A stretch of DNA of 64,000 nt from positions 15,626,001-15,690,000 of the forward strand of contig CM059432.1 in the NCBI GenBank assembly GCA_030390025.1. Reading direction: 5' to 3'. Source of the DNA: Squalus acanthias (taxonomy: Eukaryota). Both the position numbers and the translations under genes were made by a program. This document shows positions 46,735 through 59,804 of this stretch, piece after piece. A model generated the notes under the pieces. The model did not search any database and had not been told where the DNA came from. It was given only the letters and a program-made list of their open reading frames with translations. The number at the start of each line of letters is the position of its first letter. The first letter of the stretch is position 1.

Positions 46735-47520
46735 GATGCTCCGATGGCTCAATGAGATTATCCAGTAAGTCACTGAGCCACAAAGTCTGGACTCTCTTAA
46801 GTTTGATCTCTGGTCTTTGGTGAGCTAGCTGTTCTCAGCTGGGGCACTGGTGGTGAAGGGGCTACAATTAGTATAAAGAAAGAAAGACTTGCATTTATAT
46901 CGTGCTTTTCACGTCCCCAAGCGCTTTACAGCCAATGAAATACTTTTGGAGTGTAATCACTGTTGTAATGTAGGAAACGCGGCAGCCACTTTGCACACAG
47001 CAAGCTCCCACAAGCAGCAATGTGCTAATGACCAGATAATCTGTTTTAGTGATGTCGATTGAGGGATAAATATTGGCCAGGACACCGGGGATAACTCCCC
47101 TGCTCTTCTTTGAAATAGTGCCATAGGTTTTTTTTTGCGTCCACCTAAGAGGGCAGACGGGACCTCAGTTTAGCATCTCACCCGAATGATGGCATCTCCG
47201 ACAATGCAGCACATCCTCAGCACTGCACTGGAGTGTCAGCCGAGATTTTTGTGCTCCAGTCCCTGGCGTGGGACTTGAACCCACAACCGTCTGACTCAGA
47301 GGCGAGTGTGCTACCCACTGAGCCACAGCTGACACTCCTAATCACTGGTTTAGGATGTGGGAACGCAGCAAGGGCTCTGGTTCCAGATCCTACTCAGACA
47401 ATCTGATACAAATAATTGCCACTTTGGCAAATTATCAGGAGGCATCAAGGGTCCATGGCACCATATCCCAGAGCCTTCAGGGCAGGAGGGGAAGAGAGAA
47501 AATTGGTGAAGCAAATGAAG
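46735..47520 (+). mobile_element. Old SINE family (distinct from DeuSINE and V-SINE) split by a full-length minus-strand DeuSINE at 46876-47336
   Basis: actgagccac..tgagctagctgttctcagctgggg..gctacaatt and the end gccttcagggcaggaggggaagagagaaaattgg recur at 52195-54470 and 62230-62740. Confidence 0.7.
46876..47336 (-). mobile_element. Full-length DeuSINE
   Basis: Complete head, Deu core and tail (agtctttctttc). Confidence 0.92.
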
Positions 47521-48269
47521 ATATGGGGACAGCCATTTGGCTCCACCTGCCTTAAGAGCTCCTGTTGACTCATCAGAATGGCATTGACAATAGTCTGAAG
47601 CAGCAATTCCCCCCTTCAGTTCCTGATGGAGACTACCTGCTTTTCATTTTTCTTTTAGAGATAAAGTACAATATATCCAGCAATAAAGCTAAGACAGCTT
47701 AATAAGATACAGTTGATAAAATACCATACAAAACATTAATCTGCATGGGTCCAGAACAAATTAATAAATTGCACTCGACAAAATACCATCCCAAACTTAA
47801 ATTGAACCCTCCATCTGTAATTGTGGAAACAAAATAACCTGGGCGCTGAAACTGTAGAAAGAAAAGTGTTGCATTTTTGCTGGTTGGAGATGTTCCCTTC
47901 AAAAATCTTAATAAAACTTGATATCCATATTGGAATGGTAAATGTGTGAAAAGGATATGAAACCCTGGAATGGGAGCAGGGTTGTTTCTTGTATAGACTG
48001 GCTGGCTGGAGTTTCCCATTTGTAGATTTGCCAGGTTACAATTTTCCCCCCATTCATTTTAATGGACTGGAAAATTGCAGGCTGACGAGCACACAGCGGA
48101 TGATAAGCCAGGCTGCCGTTTCACTTTCATCACATCTCATTTCCCATCCTGTCTGTTGTAGCCACGTATTGATTGCTGCAGCGTTAATAACAATAACCGA
48201 AGCGAGCAGTTTCATGTCTTCTCACTGGTCAAGTTTGATTGAAAGTTATTTCACAAAAAAAAAGTAAAA

Positions 48270-49100
48270 GGATTCGATAGAAACTATTTCCTCTGGCTAG
48301 TGTCAAATTCTGTTTGATAACGCTCCTGTGAAGCGCCTTGGGGCGTTTTACTATGTTAGAGGCGCTGTATAAATGCAAGAAGTTGTTGTTGGTGGTGGTG
48401 GTGGTGGGAGGAGTCCAGCACAAGCCAGGGGCATAATCTGAAAATTAGAGCCAGGCCGTTTACGAGTGAAACCAGGAAGCATTTTCTTTACGCAGAGGGT
48501 AGTGGATATCTGGAACTCTCCCATCCCAAAAAGGCTGTGAATTCTGGGTCAATTTTTATTTGTTTATGGGATGTGGGCGTCGCTGGCAAGGCCAGCATTT
48601 ATTGCCCATCCCTAGTTGCCCTTGAGAAGGTGGTGGTGAGCCGTCTTCTTGAACCGCTGCAGTCCGTGTGGTGAAGGTACTCCCACAGTGCTGTTAGGTA
48701 GGCAGTTCCAGGATTTTGACCCAGTGACGATGAAGGAATGGCGATATACTTCTAAGTCAAGATGGTGTGTGACTTGGAGGGGAACTTGGAGGCGGTGGTG
48801 TTCCCATGCGCCTGCTGCCCTTGTCTTTCTAGGTGGTAGAGGTCGCGGGTTTGCGAGTTGCTGCTGTGCATCTTGCAGATGGTACACACTGCAGCCACGG
48901 TGCGCCGGTGGTGGAGGGGGTGAATGTTTAAGGGGGCGAAATTTACAAAACTGAAACCGGTAGATTTTTGTTAGGTAAAGGAATCCAGGGATATGGAGCA
49001 AAGACGGGTAAACAGGGTTGAGAGACAGATCAGTCATGATCTAACTGAATGACTGAACCAGTTCAAGGGGCTGAATGGACTATTTCTGATCCTATGTTCC
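48270..49100 (+). mobile_element. Old CR1 3' end interrupted by an L2 tail (48299-48405, plus) and a third-family LINE 3' end (48555-48935, minus)
   Basis: Collinear CR1 pieces (tttcctctggc|gggagtccagcac..ggggcataatctg..tgggtcaatt|aaatttacaaaactga). Confidence 0.8.
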
Positions 49101-50659
49101 TCTGCTCCCACGCAGATGGGGCAGCTTGGGTATTTATATTATTGAACATAAGCAGCTGATTTTGTGCCTCTATTAATAGTCTTAACACTGAAATGTTGAT
49201 GTACAAATGCATTTGCAATTTCATTCATATGGAGATTTGGCCAGACTTGAAGCAGCGACTTTCAATGACAACTATTTTAGTCACGAATTTTCCAACCATG
49301 GTCTTGCTGCTATGAAAAGAATACATGCACTTAAACGCTGTCTTCATTAAAAGGGCACTGATCGAATCGAACATCTTCAAACAGTATTTTCAAATCTTCA
49401 AACAAGATGGTTGCTAGATATGAAAATCACTAGAGATCTGACTGGAAAGTGGAATATAAAATCTTTCACCAGCAATGCAACTTCTTGTGACTGTTGTAGT
49501 AAAGGCATGTCCTTGTACTAAAAAAAACCTCACCAAACTTGTTACCCATTGAGTATCTTTACTCAGTCACTTTGCATTTTAACAGCTGTCTTTTGTGCGT
49601 CTCTCCCCACTTCACATTACACTGCACAAGGATTTCCCGGTGTCATGTTTTATTCAGTTGTCCCGTGTTGGCATCCTTTGACGTTCTTAATCTTTTTTAG
49701 TGTTTTTGAATGGACTCTGCTGTTTGGTTTAATCCTTTTTGGAAGTTACCGAAACCCTGGTAGCGTCGTTTTTGATTAGTAATCGAGAAGGAGAAAATTG
49801 CAACTTTATCTCGTATGCAATGGATTTTCATGCATTCAGATTGTGCATCAGCTGGACGTTAAGAAATGCTTGGTTGGATTGGCGGGGTCGACGAACTGCA
49901 AATCAGTTTGGAACAAATCTCTGTGCCACAACCTATTTAACCATTGATTCAGTAATTCAGCCCAAATTGAAAGTAGGAAACAATTAACATTTTACATCAA
50001 AAGTTGTTATTAGCAGTTGGTCTGCCTGGTGCAAGTGATCTGCCCACTGCTTGGTAACTTAGCAACATCATTTGATTTGATCCGATTTGCATTCAAATAT
50101 GCAGTGTTGTTTCTTTAACATTACTAAATAATAATTATTTTTGCATTTTACTTAAAATCAGAGACTGCTTACACATACCTCGGCCCTAGTCCCACCTTCA
50201 ACACATTGACTGGAGCTTAACTACATGGACAGAAAACTTTTCCACCAACTACTACATCACTCTAAATGTGCCTCAGCTGTGAACCTCTCGTTTCCCCTCC
50301 CCTATAGTCAAACAATCTACTGGTGCTCACTGACTAGGTATGCACATGATCGGCGTTTGTGTGAAATATTCGAGAGTGGAAAATGTTCTTCAATGCCTTC
50401 AGGAAAGCCAATGCCTTCAGGAAAAGAGTAGGACGAAAAACTGAAATACAAAATTAATTAAAGAAAGCCCTTAGAAAACCATTTAATTAAAAAAAAACTT
50501 CTATAATGCAATTTTTTTTAGATTGAGGAGCTGATTAATTTCTGCTCAATCCGTCTCTTGGCTACTTGATAAAATATTACTCTTCTAGAAGAGTTAGTCT
50601 CACAATAAATTGGTGCTAATAGGATTTTTTTTCCCACTGAGAGGCAGTAGGAGGCATAG

Positions 50660-51977
50660 GAAAACAACCAGGGCATTAATGGGCCACAGTCCCGGTGATT
50701 ACACAAGGATCATCAAAGTGGCCATTAACTGGTCCAGGCAGCAGTCGGTCGAGGGGGTCGTTCGGCCTAACTGCCTGCCTCTCTTCCGCAGCCACGTTCG
50801 CGCCCGGGTGGCACTGGAGATGGAGCACGCGGTGTCCGCCGGCACGCTCGAGGCCTTCTGCGACCGGGGACTGGAGTGCATCATCACCCCGGCCAACAAA
50901 ATTTTAATTTAATTTGTTAAGTTTCACTTAAAGTTTTATTAGTTACAGTTTATTTGTTTTAGTGGGCACCCAACCAAAAGAGTACACCAGGATCATGCCC
51001 CTGCCCCTACCGGAGTTTGTGGGGTCAGTGGGAGGGGACCTGATTTGCATGGGGTCAGTGGGTAGCCGCGCCACCACAATGTCATTCCCAGCATCTGCCT
51101 GCCCCCAGGCGGCCAGAAAATCTAACACCCTGTCCATTACTGATGGGGAGGAGGAACTGCCCAAGCCCCTTCCCGCAAGACTCCATTATCTCGCTGTGAA
51201 TGGGGGCCAACACTAAAAAAAAATAACCATTCTTCAGAGATCCAGGCAGTTTCCCGGGCCTGGACCCTTCCCAGTTGTGGGCAGTGGACGGTGATACACC
51301 TCATCTCTTGGCATACGGGCCTTCAGTAATACCCAGGGTCCCTTTCTGAGCACAGACGAGCCTTGCTCACCAGCTCAGCCTCCTTGGTGTCATTGCTCTT
51401 GTAAAGGGTGGACAGAGGTTCTGCCTCTTACAAGGCAGACTGGGAACTCCTGGTCCTGGATTCCTGCCTTTTCCGATGGTTCTGGTGGACTCCCACCGGA
51501 GCTGTGACAGGAGAGATTGGGTCGATTAGGCTTATATTCGCTAGAGTTTAGAAGAATGAGAGGGGATCTCATTGAAACTTATAAAATTCTAACAGGACTA
51601 GACAGACTAGATGCAGGAGGGATGTTCCCGATGGCCGGGGAGTCCAGAACCAGGGGTCACAGTCTAAGGATAAGGGGTAGGCCATTTAGGACTGAGATGA
51701 GGAGGAATTTCTTCACCCAGAGAGTGGTGAACCTGTGGAATTCTCTACCACAGAAGGCAGTAGAGGCCAATTCATTAAATATATTCAAGAAGGAGTTCGA
51801 TATATTTCTTAAAGCTAAAGGGATCAAGGGATATGGAGAGAGGGCAGGGACAGGGTACTGAATTTGGATGATCAGCCATGATCTCATTGAATGGCGGAGC
51901 AGGCTCGAGGGGCTGAATGGCCTGCTCCTGCTCCTATCTTCTATGTTTCTATGTAACCCTTAAGTAAATTCCGGGCC
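50660..51977. mobile_element. GC-rich element(s) interrupted by a young CR1 3' end (51508-51955, plus)
   Basis: CpG-rich blocks; right end aaattccgggcc followed by TAA; the CR1 encodes LGLYSLEFRRMRGDLIETYK...KGYGERAGTGY*. Confidence 0.6.
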
Positions 51978-52331
51978 TAAAGCTTAGCTTGAATAACTCG
52001 AATTGAAAAATTGCTCAATGAGAAAGCTCTTTTAATGATGTATCATTTACCCTCTTCCGAACATAACTTTCAATTTTGACGTCACTTTTAAGTTAACGCT
52101 TTCATTGGCACTACCTCTAAATTTATTATGCTCAGTTTTTCCTTGAAGAAAATTAATAAAGAATAATCCCAATAGCTGATTTGTAAAGCCAGCATGTAAC
52201 TGAGTCACACAGAACGGAAGATCTCAAATTCAGTTCCTGGTCCGAGTTAGCTAATCCCAACCAGTAGCAGCAGTGCAGTGTCCTTCAGCAATTCTGGGCT
52301 AGGAAGGAGAAAATCAGTCAGAGTTCTCTTT

Positions 52332-52795
52332 CAGTTGTGGCTCAGTTGGTAGCACTCTTGCTCTCTGATGTCAGAAGGTTGTGGGTTCAAGTCCCACTTC
52401 ATGAAACTGGAGCACAAAAATCTGTGACTGACACTCCTAGTGCAGTGCTGAGGGAGTGCCGCACTGTCTGAGGTGCCGTCTTTCAGATGAGTCATTAAAC
52501 CGAGGCCCCGTCTGCTCTCTCAGGTGGACGTAAAATGACCCCTTGTCACTATTTCGAAGAGCAGCAGGGGGAGTTATCCCCGGTGTCCTGGCCAATATTT
52601 ATCCCTCAATCAACATCACAGATGATCTGGTCATTATCACATTGCTGTTTGTGGGAGCTTGCTGTGCGCAAATTGGCTGCCGCGTTTCCTTTATTACAAC
52701 AGTGACTGCACGCCAAAAGTACTTCATTGGCTGTAAAGCACTTTGGAAAGTCCTGAGGTCATGAAAGGCGCTATATAAATGCAAGTTTTTCTTTC
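52332..52795 (+). mobile_element. Full-length DeuSINE
   Basis: tggctcagttggtagc...ggttcaagtcc...gaaaggcgctatataaatgcaag. Confidence 0.9.
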
Positions 52796-52904
52796 CTCAT
52801 TGCAGTCCTGTGATCCTGCTGGCAAGTGAACGTTCATTGGTATCGGGCAGGATTGGGCTCACCTGTGATAACTCACGTGGTCAAATAGTCAGCTGGCAGT
52901 TACA

Positions 52905-54150
52905 CTACAATAACAACAACTTGCATTTATATAGTGCCTTTAACATAGAAAAACATTCCAAGGCGCTTCACAGCGGCATAATCAGAAAAAAGTGGAAATC
53001 AAGCAAAGGTGAGAAATTAGGACGGGGTGACCAACAGGTTAGTCAAAGATGTGGGCTTTAAGGAGCGTCTTAAAGGAAGAGAGGGAGGTGGGGCAGTACA
53101 CTGAGGGGATTCCAAAGCGTGGTCGGTAGGTCGCTGAAGACACGACCACCATTGGTGGGACAAAGGGAGGAAAGGAGTCACAGGAACGGCACATTCTGAG
53201 GTGGGGTTGTAGGACTGGAGGAGGTTACATAAACGGGCAGGGGGCAAAGCCATAAACGGATTTAAACACAAAGATGAGAATTTTAAATTTGAGGCTCTGG
53301 TCGGCCAGAGGGGACAGGTGTGATTGGTTAGCAGGACTTGGTGAGGATAGGATCTGGGTAGCAGAGTTTTGAATGAGTTGAAGTGTACAGAGGATGGGAG
53401 GCTGGCCAGTCGAGCATTGGAATAGTTGAGACTGGCGGTGACGAAGGCGTGGATGAGGGTTTCAATAGCAGTAGGGGTGGAAGTGGACAATGTTACGGAA
53501 GTGGAAATAGGTGGTTACTGGTATTGGAGAGGTCACGGGGTCGGATGCTCCGCTCGGAGTTGAATATGATGGCGAGGTTGCAAACAGTTTGGTTCAGCCT
53601 GAGACGATAGTTGGGGAGGGCGGTGGAATTAGTGGCAAAGGCACAGCATTTATGGTGGGGCTGAAGGCGATGGCTTCTGTCTTCCCAATGTTAAACCGGG
53701 GGAAATTGAGGTCCATTGACGACTGCATGCGGGACAAGCGCAGAGGTCGTAGAGGGTTTAAGAGAGGTGGTGGAGAGGTAGAACTGTGTGTCGTCAGCGT
53801 ACATGTGGAAGCTGACCCCATGTCTATAGATGATATCACCAAGGGGCAGAAGAGGAAGGGACAAAGGATAAACTCTGGAGGTAACTGTGCAGGGGCAGGC
53901 AGAGAAGCCATTATTGCAGATGCTGTAGCCACTATTTGAGAGGTAAGAGTAGAACCAAGCGAGGGCAGTCCCACTGAGCTGGACAGCAGAGGAGAGGCGC
54001 TGGAGGAGAATGGTGTGGACGACCATGTTAAAGGCTCGAGGAGGCAACACGGTCACAATCACCGAGGATGTCGTTTGTGAGTTTGGTTAGGGCTGTTTCG
54101 GTACTGCGGTAGAGGCGGAAACCGGATTGGAAATATTCAAACAGAAATGT
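52905..54150 (-). mobile_element. L2-clade LINE RT fragment plus 3' tail
   Basis: AFNMVVHTILLQRL, GTALAWFYSYLSN, PLGDIIYRHGVSFHMYADDTQFYLS, ETLIHAFVTASLNYSN. Confidence 0.92.
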
Positions 54151-54228
54151 GTGATTTTTTTTTTTTAATGTCTAGTTGAAGAAACAGTGAAGACTGGCTA
54201 TTTGGGTGAGACACTGGAGGATGCCCAG

Positions 54229-54392
54229 CAATGACACCACCCCCCCCCCCCCCCCCCCCGCCCCCAAGGTGCGCGGCCGTGCACCAATCCGGAGGTCCCA
54301 CGCAGGCAGCTCACCAGCTGTTGACGCTGGAAAACAAACCGCGCAACAAATTTAAAGGGACCGCGCACCAAAAAAATTAGAGGGGAACGTTG
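54229..54392. mobile_element. Short hAT-like MITE
   Basis: Ends caatg... / ttagaggggaacgttg; 8-bp flanks ATGCCCAG / GTGCCCAG. Confidence 0.65.
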
Positions 54393-55369
54393 GTGCCCAG
54401 CAGCCTCGCAATTGTAGTCCAGCAGGAATCAGTGCCTTTCAGGAGGAGCTCGGCAGGAAATTGGCAAAGAAAGAAAAATTATTGGAGTCCACCAAAATAG
54501 GCAAAGGAGACGTAGTACAGATTGCCTTTTCAAGATCTTCAGAATCCAGCCAAACAGACATAAAAAAAAATTGCATGTTTCTGTTTTGAACAAAATTGTT
54601 AGTCTTCTGTTGGCTTAGTGCCTTGCTGGTATCCTTTCTAGTGTATTTTTGTTGTCTTTCTAAGTTCCATCTACTATTTGCTGTCAGCCAGCATATAAAG
54701 CCTTCTTAACAATCTATTATGGATCTTTATCAACCCCTATTGCATTCACCAGCTCCGCCTCATTTGCTGCTAACAGTTGCTGCTCTGGCTGCTCGTCTAA
54801 TGTAATCCAAACCAGTCTTATCTGTGTTACTCCGTTAAAGGTGCTATATAAATGCAAGTTGTTGTTGTTGTAGTTGGGTTGGTATAGATCGACATGGGTG
54901 ATCAGTGGAACTTTTTTTGCTTTGTTTTAGTTTAGGGATCTGTAAAGAAATCCTTAATGCAATTGTTGCTGCTTATTCTGCTGTTTAATAGCAACCGACC
55001 GCTAGCGCAACCTTTGGTGAAAATAAGCTCAGAGATGGGGACCGGCAAAAAAGATTCATTTGCTGCAGGGATTATGTCTTGTGTGTGTAAAAGTTTGGTT
55101 TTAAAGGTACTGATAAATGCTGCAATAATCTAGACAGTCCTGGTGCTATATTACTAGTTTATTCTTTGAAGGAGTCATGGGGATTACAATATTTCCTGCA
55201 TGTAGTATGCTTTTTTAATTTTATGCAAAAAAGTTAAACTAAACTTTTTGAATATTACAATTTGTGCTGGGCAATGTATATTGCATCCAATGTTTGATGC
55301 ATAAACCAATCCTACGTAAACCTTTTGAGAGAAATTTGAATCAAAAAGTCAATTGTTTTAATATATATA

Positions 55370-55973
55370 GGGGGCTAAATTCGGTTGATTTGCACCTCCC
55401 GATAGCGCCGTAAGAGGGCGCTAACGGGGCGCAAATCAACTGGCGCCTGGGCGCGGCGCCGCTAACGCCTCCCGCAAAATTCAGCGGGAGGGCAGCGTTA
55501 ACCGTTGGCGCCGCCGGCCATGTCGTCATCAACGTGTGCAGCGGCCCGCTCGCGCCCCGCCCCGGCTGTAATATTGGGTGGCACCCCCCCCCCCGACTTA
55601 CCGCCAGATGCTGTGTCCGCCGGGGTCAGGGGGACCTACCTGCGGCCGGGGTGGCGCTAGTTAAAGGGGAGGTGGCGGCTGGCCATTTTAGTTGCTGGCC
55701 ACCTGCCCCTCCGTTGCTGTCCCCGGCCCCTTTGAAGCCCCCCCCCCCGCGGGGTGCTGGCTGCTCTCCGGAGCCCGGCACTCCCCTTGAGTGCCGGGCT
55801 CGTTTGCCGGCACTCCCGATCCCTGGTGGCCCAGCTGGGCACCGGGACGCGCTGCGCCAGGCCCCTCCCCTTTAAGAAGGGGAGGAAGGCCTGCAGTACC
55901 GCGGCACATAGCGCCGCGATATTGGCTCGCAGCGCCCCAAGAGGGACGCGGGGCGCTACCCAATTTTTACCCC
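55370..55973. mobile_element. GC-rich MITE family B, second copy
   Basis: Ends gggggctaaattcgg / cccaatttttacccc; ATA...ATA flanks; homologous to 16007-16693. Confidence 0.82.
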
Positions 55974-56112
55974 ATAAAATTTAGATTTTCCAATGCCTGA
56001 CCTGCTGGATTAGATAGTGCAGGCACAAGATTAATGTGCCAAGGATCCAAGATTCATTATTTCAAAATCATAAAAGCAATTCAAACTAACAGCAGCAGTT
56101 CTGCAATTCCTT

Positions 56113-56750
56113 GGGGGTGATTTTAACCAGTCTTCCCGTTAATTTTTTTTGGGGTGCGTGGCCCCTTTAAACGGCTGCGCGGTCCATTCAAAACACCGCG
56201 CATGCGCGGTTTTCTCCATTTGAAAAGCCGGCTGCGCGTGAGGCCCAGAGAGCTGCGATGCCGCGCAGCTTAAAGGGAACAATTGATTTTTTAACCCTTC
56301 CTGCCTGGCGGACACTGGGCGGGTGGGCAGTTAAAATGGCCCGTGTTACTTACCTGCCCTGGAGCCCCTGCTGGATTTTCCTGATCTCCCCCCATCCTCC
56401 CCCCCCCCCCCAGCCCCCCTACAGAGTTAGGGTGAGCCTTCTGCCCACCACACCGACTCTGCCATGACCCCATCCCAGTTTCCTGGGTCAGGGTGGTGGG
56501 AGTGGGAGAGTGGGGGGGGGGGGGGGGGGGGCGGTCATTTTTATTCTTGCTGGGCTCCGGGCGAGATTCCGGCCAGCGAGCAGGAGCTTCCCCCCCCCCG
56601 CCCCCCCTGCAGAATAGTCAACACGGCGCTGATGCAGATCAGTGCTGCGGCACCCGAAGAGGCAGGAGGCGCCATTAAAGTGACCGCAGTATCCCCCAAG
56701 ACTGGGCCAGTTCATTTTGTGAAGGCTTTGGCTGAGACCGAGCCCATCAA
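56113..56750. mobile_element. GC-rich MITE remnant whose left terminus is interrupted by a hAT-like MITE (56128-56285)
   Basis: gggggtgattttaac|cagtcttcccgttaa...ttaaagggaacaattg|attttttaacccttcc. Confidence 0.6.
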
Positions 56751-58016
56751 CAGATAAGCAGATCGGAGGGTGAGGGAGGCTGTACTCGGCCTTCTCCCTC
56801 CACTTGGACCGCTTGAGTTCGTTCCTGCTGCTACCCCAGGCGCCGGCAGTGGCCCTGCATTATTCTGAAGGCCACAGCAGGAGAGGTGACTTTTTATGTT
56901 GAATCCTGAGCACGTTCCACAGAAAAGGTACGCTTGATGGTTTGATCGACATAATGGCCAAGCATTCATTGCCACGGAGATAACAACACATTTTGTTGTG
57001 TCAGTTGAACCACCTTCATTGGAATTTTGTCACCTTGCTGTTACCAGTTCTAATAGATTCAAAGAGGCCTGTCACAAACACATCCTAATTATCTCCTGGT
57101 CCAGGGGGTGCCGTTTGTTTATTCTCCAGTAAGTAGATTGCTTTTCATTTATCCATCACTTGTGATCAGCCTTTCTGCTCTAATACGCAAAGTGTGTCTC
57201 GGAGCAGGATGGCCTTCTGATCTAATCATTTCTTACAAAGATAATGATGGGCTTTGGGTACAATCTATCAAAATAACCAGTTTTCAAAGATTGCCACTGC
57301 CTTTCAAACATTGTTTTGCTATTGTTGGAAGTGACAGATGTAGTCATATGTACACAAGGCAATACCGTCCTGATCTCTCCCCCCCCCCCCCCCCCCCCAC
57401 ACACCTACACATAAGTTAGAACATGTGTCTCCCATCTCGTTGAAAGACAATAGTTCATTCTGTCATTCAGTCTCCTGAAAGGCCTGCGAGCTGTGCTTAT
57501 CTGAATTAATAAAGAAGCTCTTATCTGGCTAAAGCTCATAACACAGCCTGTTTTCATTACAATTTAAATCTTTCCTGTACTCCCACCATCCGGGGTCAGT
57601 TTTTAACTCTGTTGGGTACTCAGTAACAAGAGACACTTCTTTCACCACAGTTAAGTGTTCGGCCAGTGGCATGGCAGTTCTGAAAGTGATGCAGCCGTTC
57701 TGGCTTAACATGGAATGAGCCCCTAAGTCCTTTTGAGCTCTTCTGTTAACGTCTGGAGCATTGCTTCAGAAATGAGTAGTCCTTCCTTGCTGATGTCCAT
57801 GAGCAATCGAGATGTGCGAAGCAAAGTCCAGAACACCATTGCTTGCCGTTTTGTTCATTCTTTCCAAACAGCAGATTCAGCATCCTCTACAAAATGATGA
57901 AGATTGGCTTTGACTGTGAGCCAATCATGAATGCAGACTCTGTGATATGCAGTCCCTTTGAGACAGCGACTTGTATTTTTCCCTTTTCCACTTCATTCAC
58001 TGCATAAAGCTTGTTA

Positions 58017-58328
58017 GGGCAACACGGTGGCATAGTGGTTAGCACTGTTGCCTCACAGCGCCAGGGACCCGGGTTCGATCCGGCCTCGGGTGACTGTCTG
58101 TGTGGAGTTTGCACATTCTCCCCGTGTCTGCGTGGGTTTCCTCCGGGTCCTCCGGTTTCCTCCCACAGTCCAAAGATGTGCGAGTTAGGTTGACTTGGCT
58201 ATGATAAATTGACCCTTAGTGTTAAGGGGATTAAATACGTGGGGTTACGGGGATAGGGTGGGATATGTGTCGGTGCAGGCTCGATGGGCCGAAATGGCCT
58301 CTATCTGCACAGTGGGGATTCTGTGATT
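58017..58328 (+). mobile_element. Full-length HE1-like V-SINE
   Basis: tRNA head ggtggcatagtggttagc..ggttcgatcc, V domain, CR1 tail gggccgaaatggcct..gattctgtgatt. Confidence 0.93.
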
Positions 58329-59221
58329 CAGTGGTGAATGGAATTGTTGTTTAAACACCTGACATTTCCGACCCCTTTTGTGGACAATGGCCATAACTGA
58401 CAGTGGGTGAGGGGGGTCGATGGGGGAGGGGAAGAATCTGTGCTATAGGTTCCCCAGTGTTTCGGAACGTAAACATTGTTGACCTATTGTGGAGTGCCAA
58501 CTCTGGAGGCAGTTCTGAGTGAAGCACTTAACTGTGTCCAAGGCGTTCTGGGGCAGAATGGACAAGGTGTATCGGGAGGTTGAAACACAAGCTGTTTTTT
58601 CTTTTATAAACCATGCCATTTCCTGGGAGATAAACCTGTTCAATTATTATATATTCCACAAGTCTCTCAAAGATTTATATGGTGTTGTCAAGTAGTAAGA
58701 TTAGATGAAACCACTTAATGTAGCATGAGAAGATTTGTATTTTCTGTTTGTAAGTGCTTACAAATGTGATTTACTTAACTGTCATGTCTCGCTAAAATGA
58801 ACACATAAAAGACAATCTATTTGCTAAAAGAATTGTGGGTATCCAATTTAAAACACTGCCAATTGAGCATGTATACTTTGCAAGTTAGATTGCACTCACT
58901 TTGTTCATCTACAAATGTATACCTAGAAGCAGAATCTTTCGGTTAAAACACCCAGATGAAATATCCTCTTGCACAGCTATTAACGCATTATTCCTTGTGG
59001 ATTCTTGCAAATTTCCTGAGGGATGACCGTGGTGGCTGCTTCACCTTTTCAGCTGAGCACAATTGCAGGATTGCAAAGTGAGTTTGTTGGGTCGGGAGCT
59101 GGCTGTCGCTGTTCACCAGGACTGCATTCCCCCTTTTGGTTGCACAGTGGAGTGTCACATTCCAGTGAGCCCTCCCTTCTGATGGAGGCTGCAGGGGGAG
59201 TAACTATCCATCTCTGCAGAT

Positions 59222-59555
59222 AGATATCACAGAACGGCACAGCACAGCAGGAGGCCCATCGAGTCTGTGCTGGCTCTTTCGCAGAGTTAGTCCCACTCCC
59301 CTCCCCCCGCTCTTTCCCCATATCCCTGCAATTTTTTCTCCTTCAAGTATTTATCCAATTCCCTTTTGAAGGCTACTATTGAATCGGTTTCCACCACCCT
59401 ATCGGGCAGTGCATTCCAAATCCTAACCACTCGCTGCGTAAAAAAAGTTTTCCCTCATGTCACCTCTGGTTCTTTTGCCAATCACCTTAAATCTGTGCCC
59501 TCTGGTTATCGATCCTTCAGCCGTTGGAAACCGTTTCTCTTTAGTTACTCTCTCT
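59222..59555 (-). mobile_element. CR1 3' end
   Basis: Antisense tttacgcagcgagtggttaggatttggaatgcactgcc and tail. Confidence 0.85.
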
Positions 59556-59804
59556 GAGACAATGGGGACTGTTGTACAGTGAATGATGAGGATAGTTAGC
59601 CGTGCCTGGCTCAGTGAAGTCTCTGTTGCTTTAATTTATCGAATTCCAGAATCTTTGTACAATTCGGTTTAGTTGAAGATTGGTAGCCAATGCTCTGTTT
59701 TAGGCTGCAAGCAATGGTTTGAGCAGTCAGCTTGTTGCTATTTTTGCTGGAGTACCTTAACATGGGAACTTCCTAGCGACCATTTGTATCATCTGGTTAA
59801 TACT

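Larger units (their letters stand above)
52195..54470 (+). mobile_element. Old SINE family copy split by a DeuSINE, an L2 and a hAT-like MITE
   Basis: Pieces at about 52195-52330, 52796-52900, 54186-54228 and 54393-54470 are collinear with 62230-62740. Confidence 0.65.

Noticed and set aside
50389..50426. 18-bp tandem duplication caatgccttcaggaaag (and a short imperfect tandem at 62659-62712)
   Set aside because: Ordinary local slippage with no further structure.
58017..58095. tRNA genes suggested by A/B boxes (also in DeuSINE heads)
   Set aside because: They are SINE heads continuing into V or Deu domains, with no complete cloverleaf.
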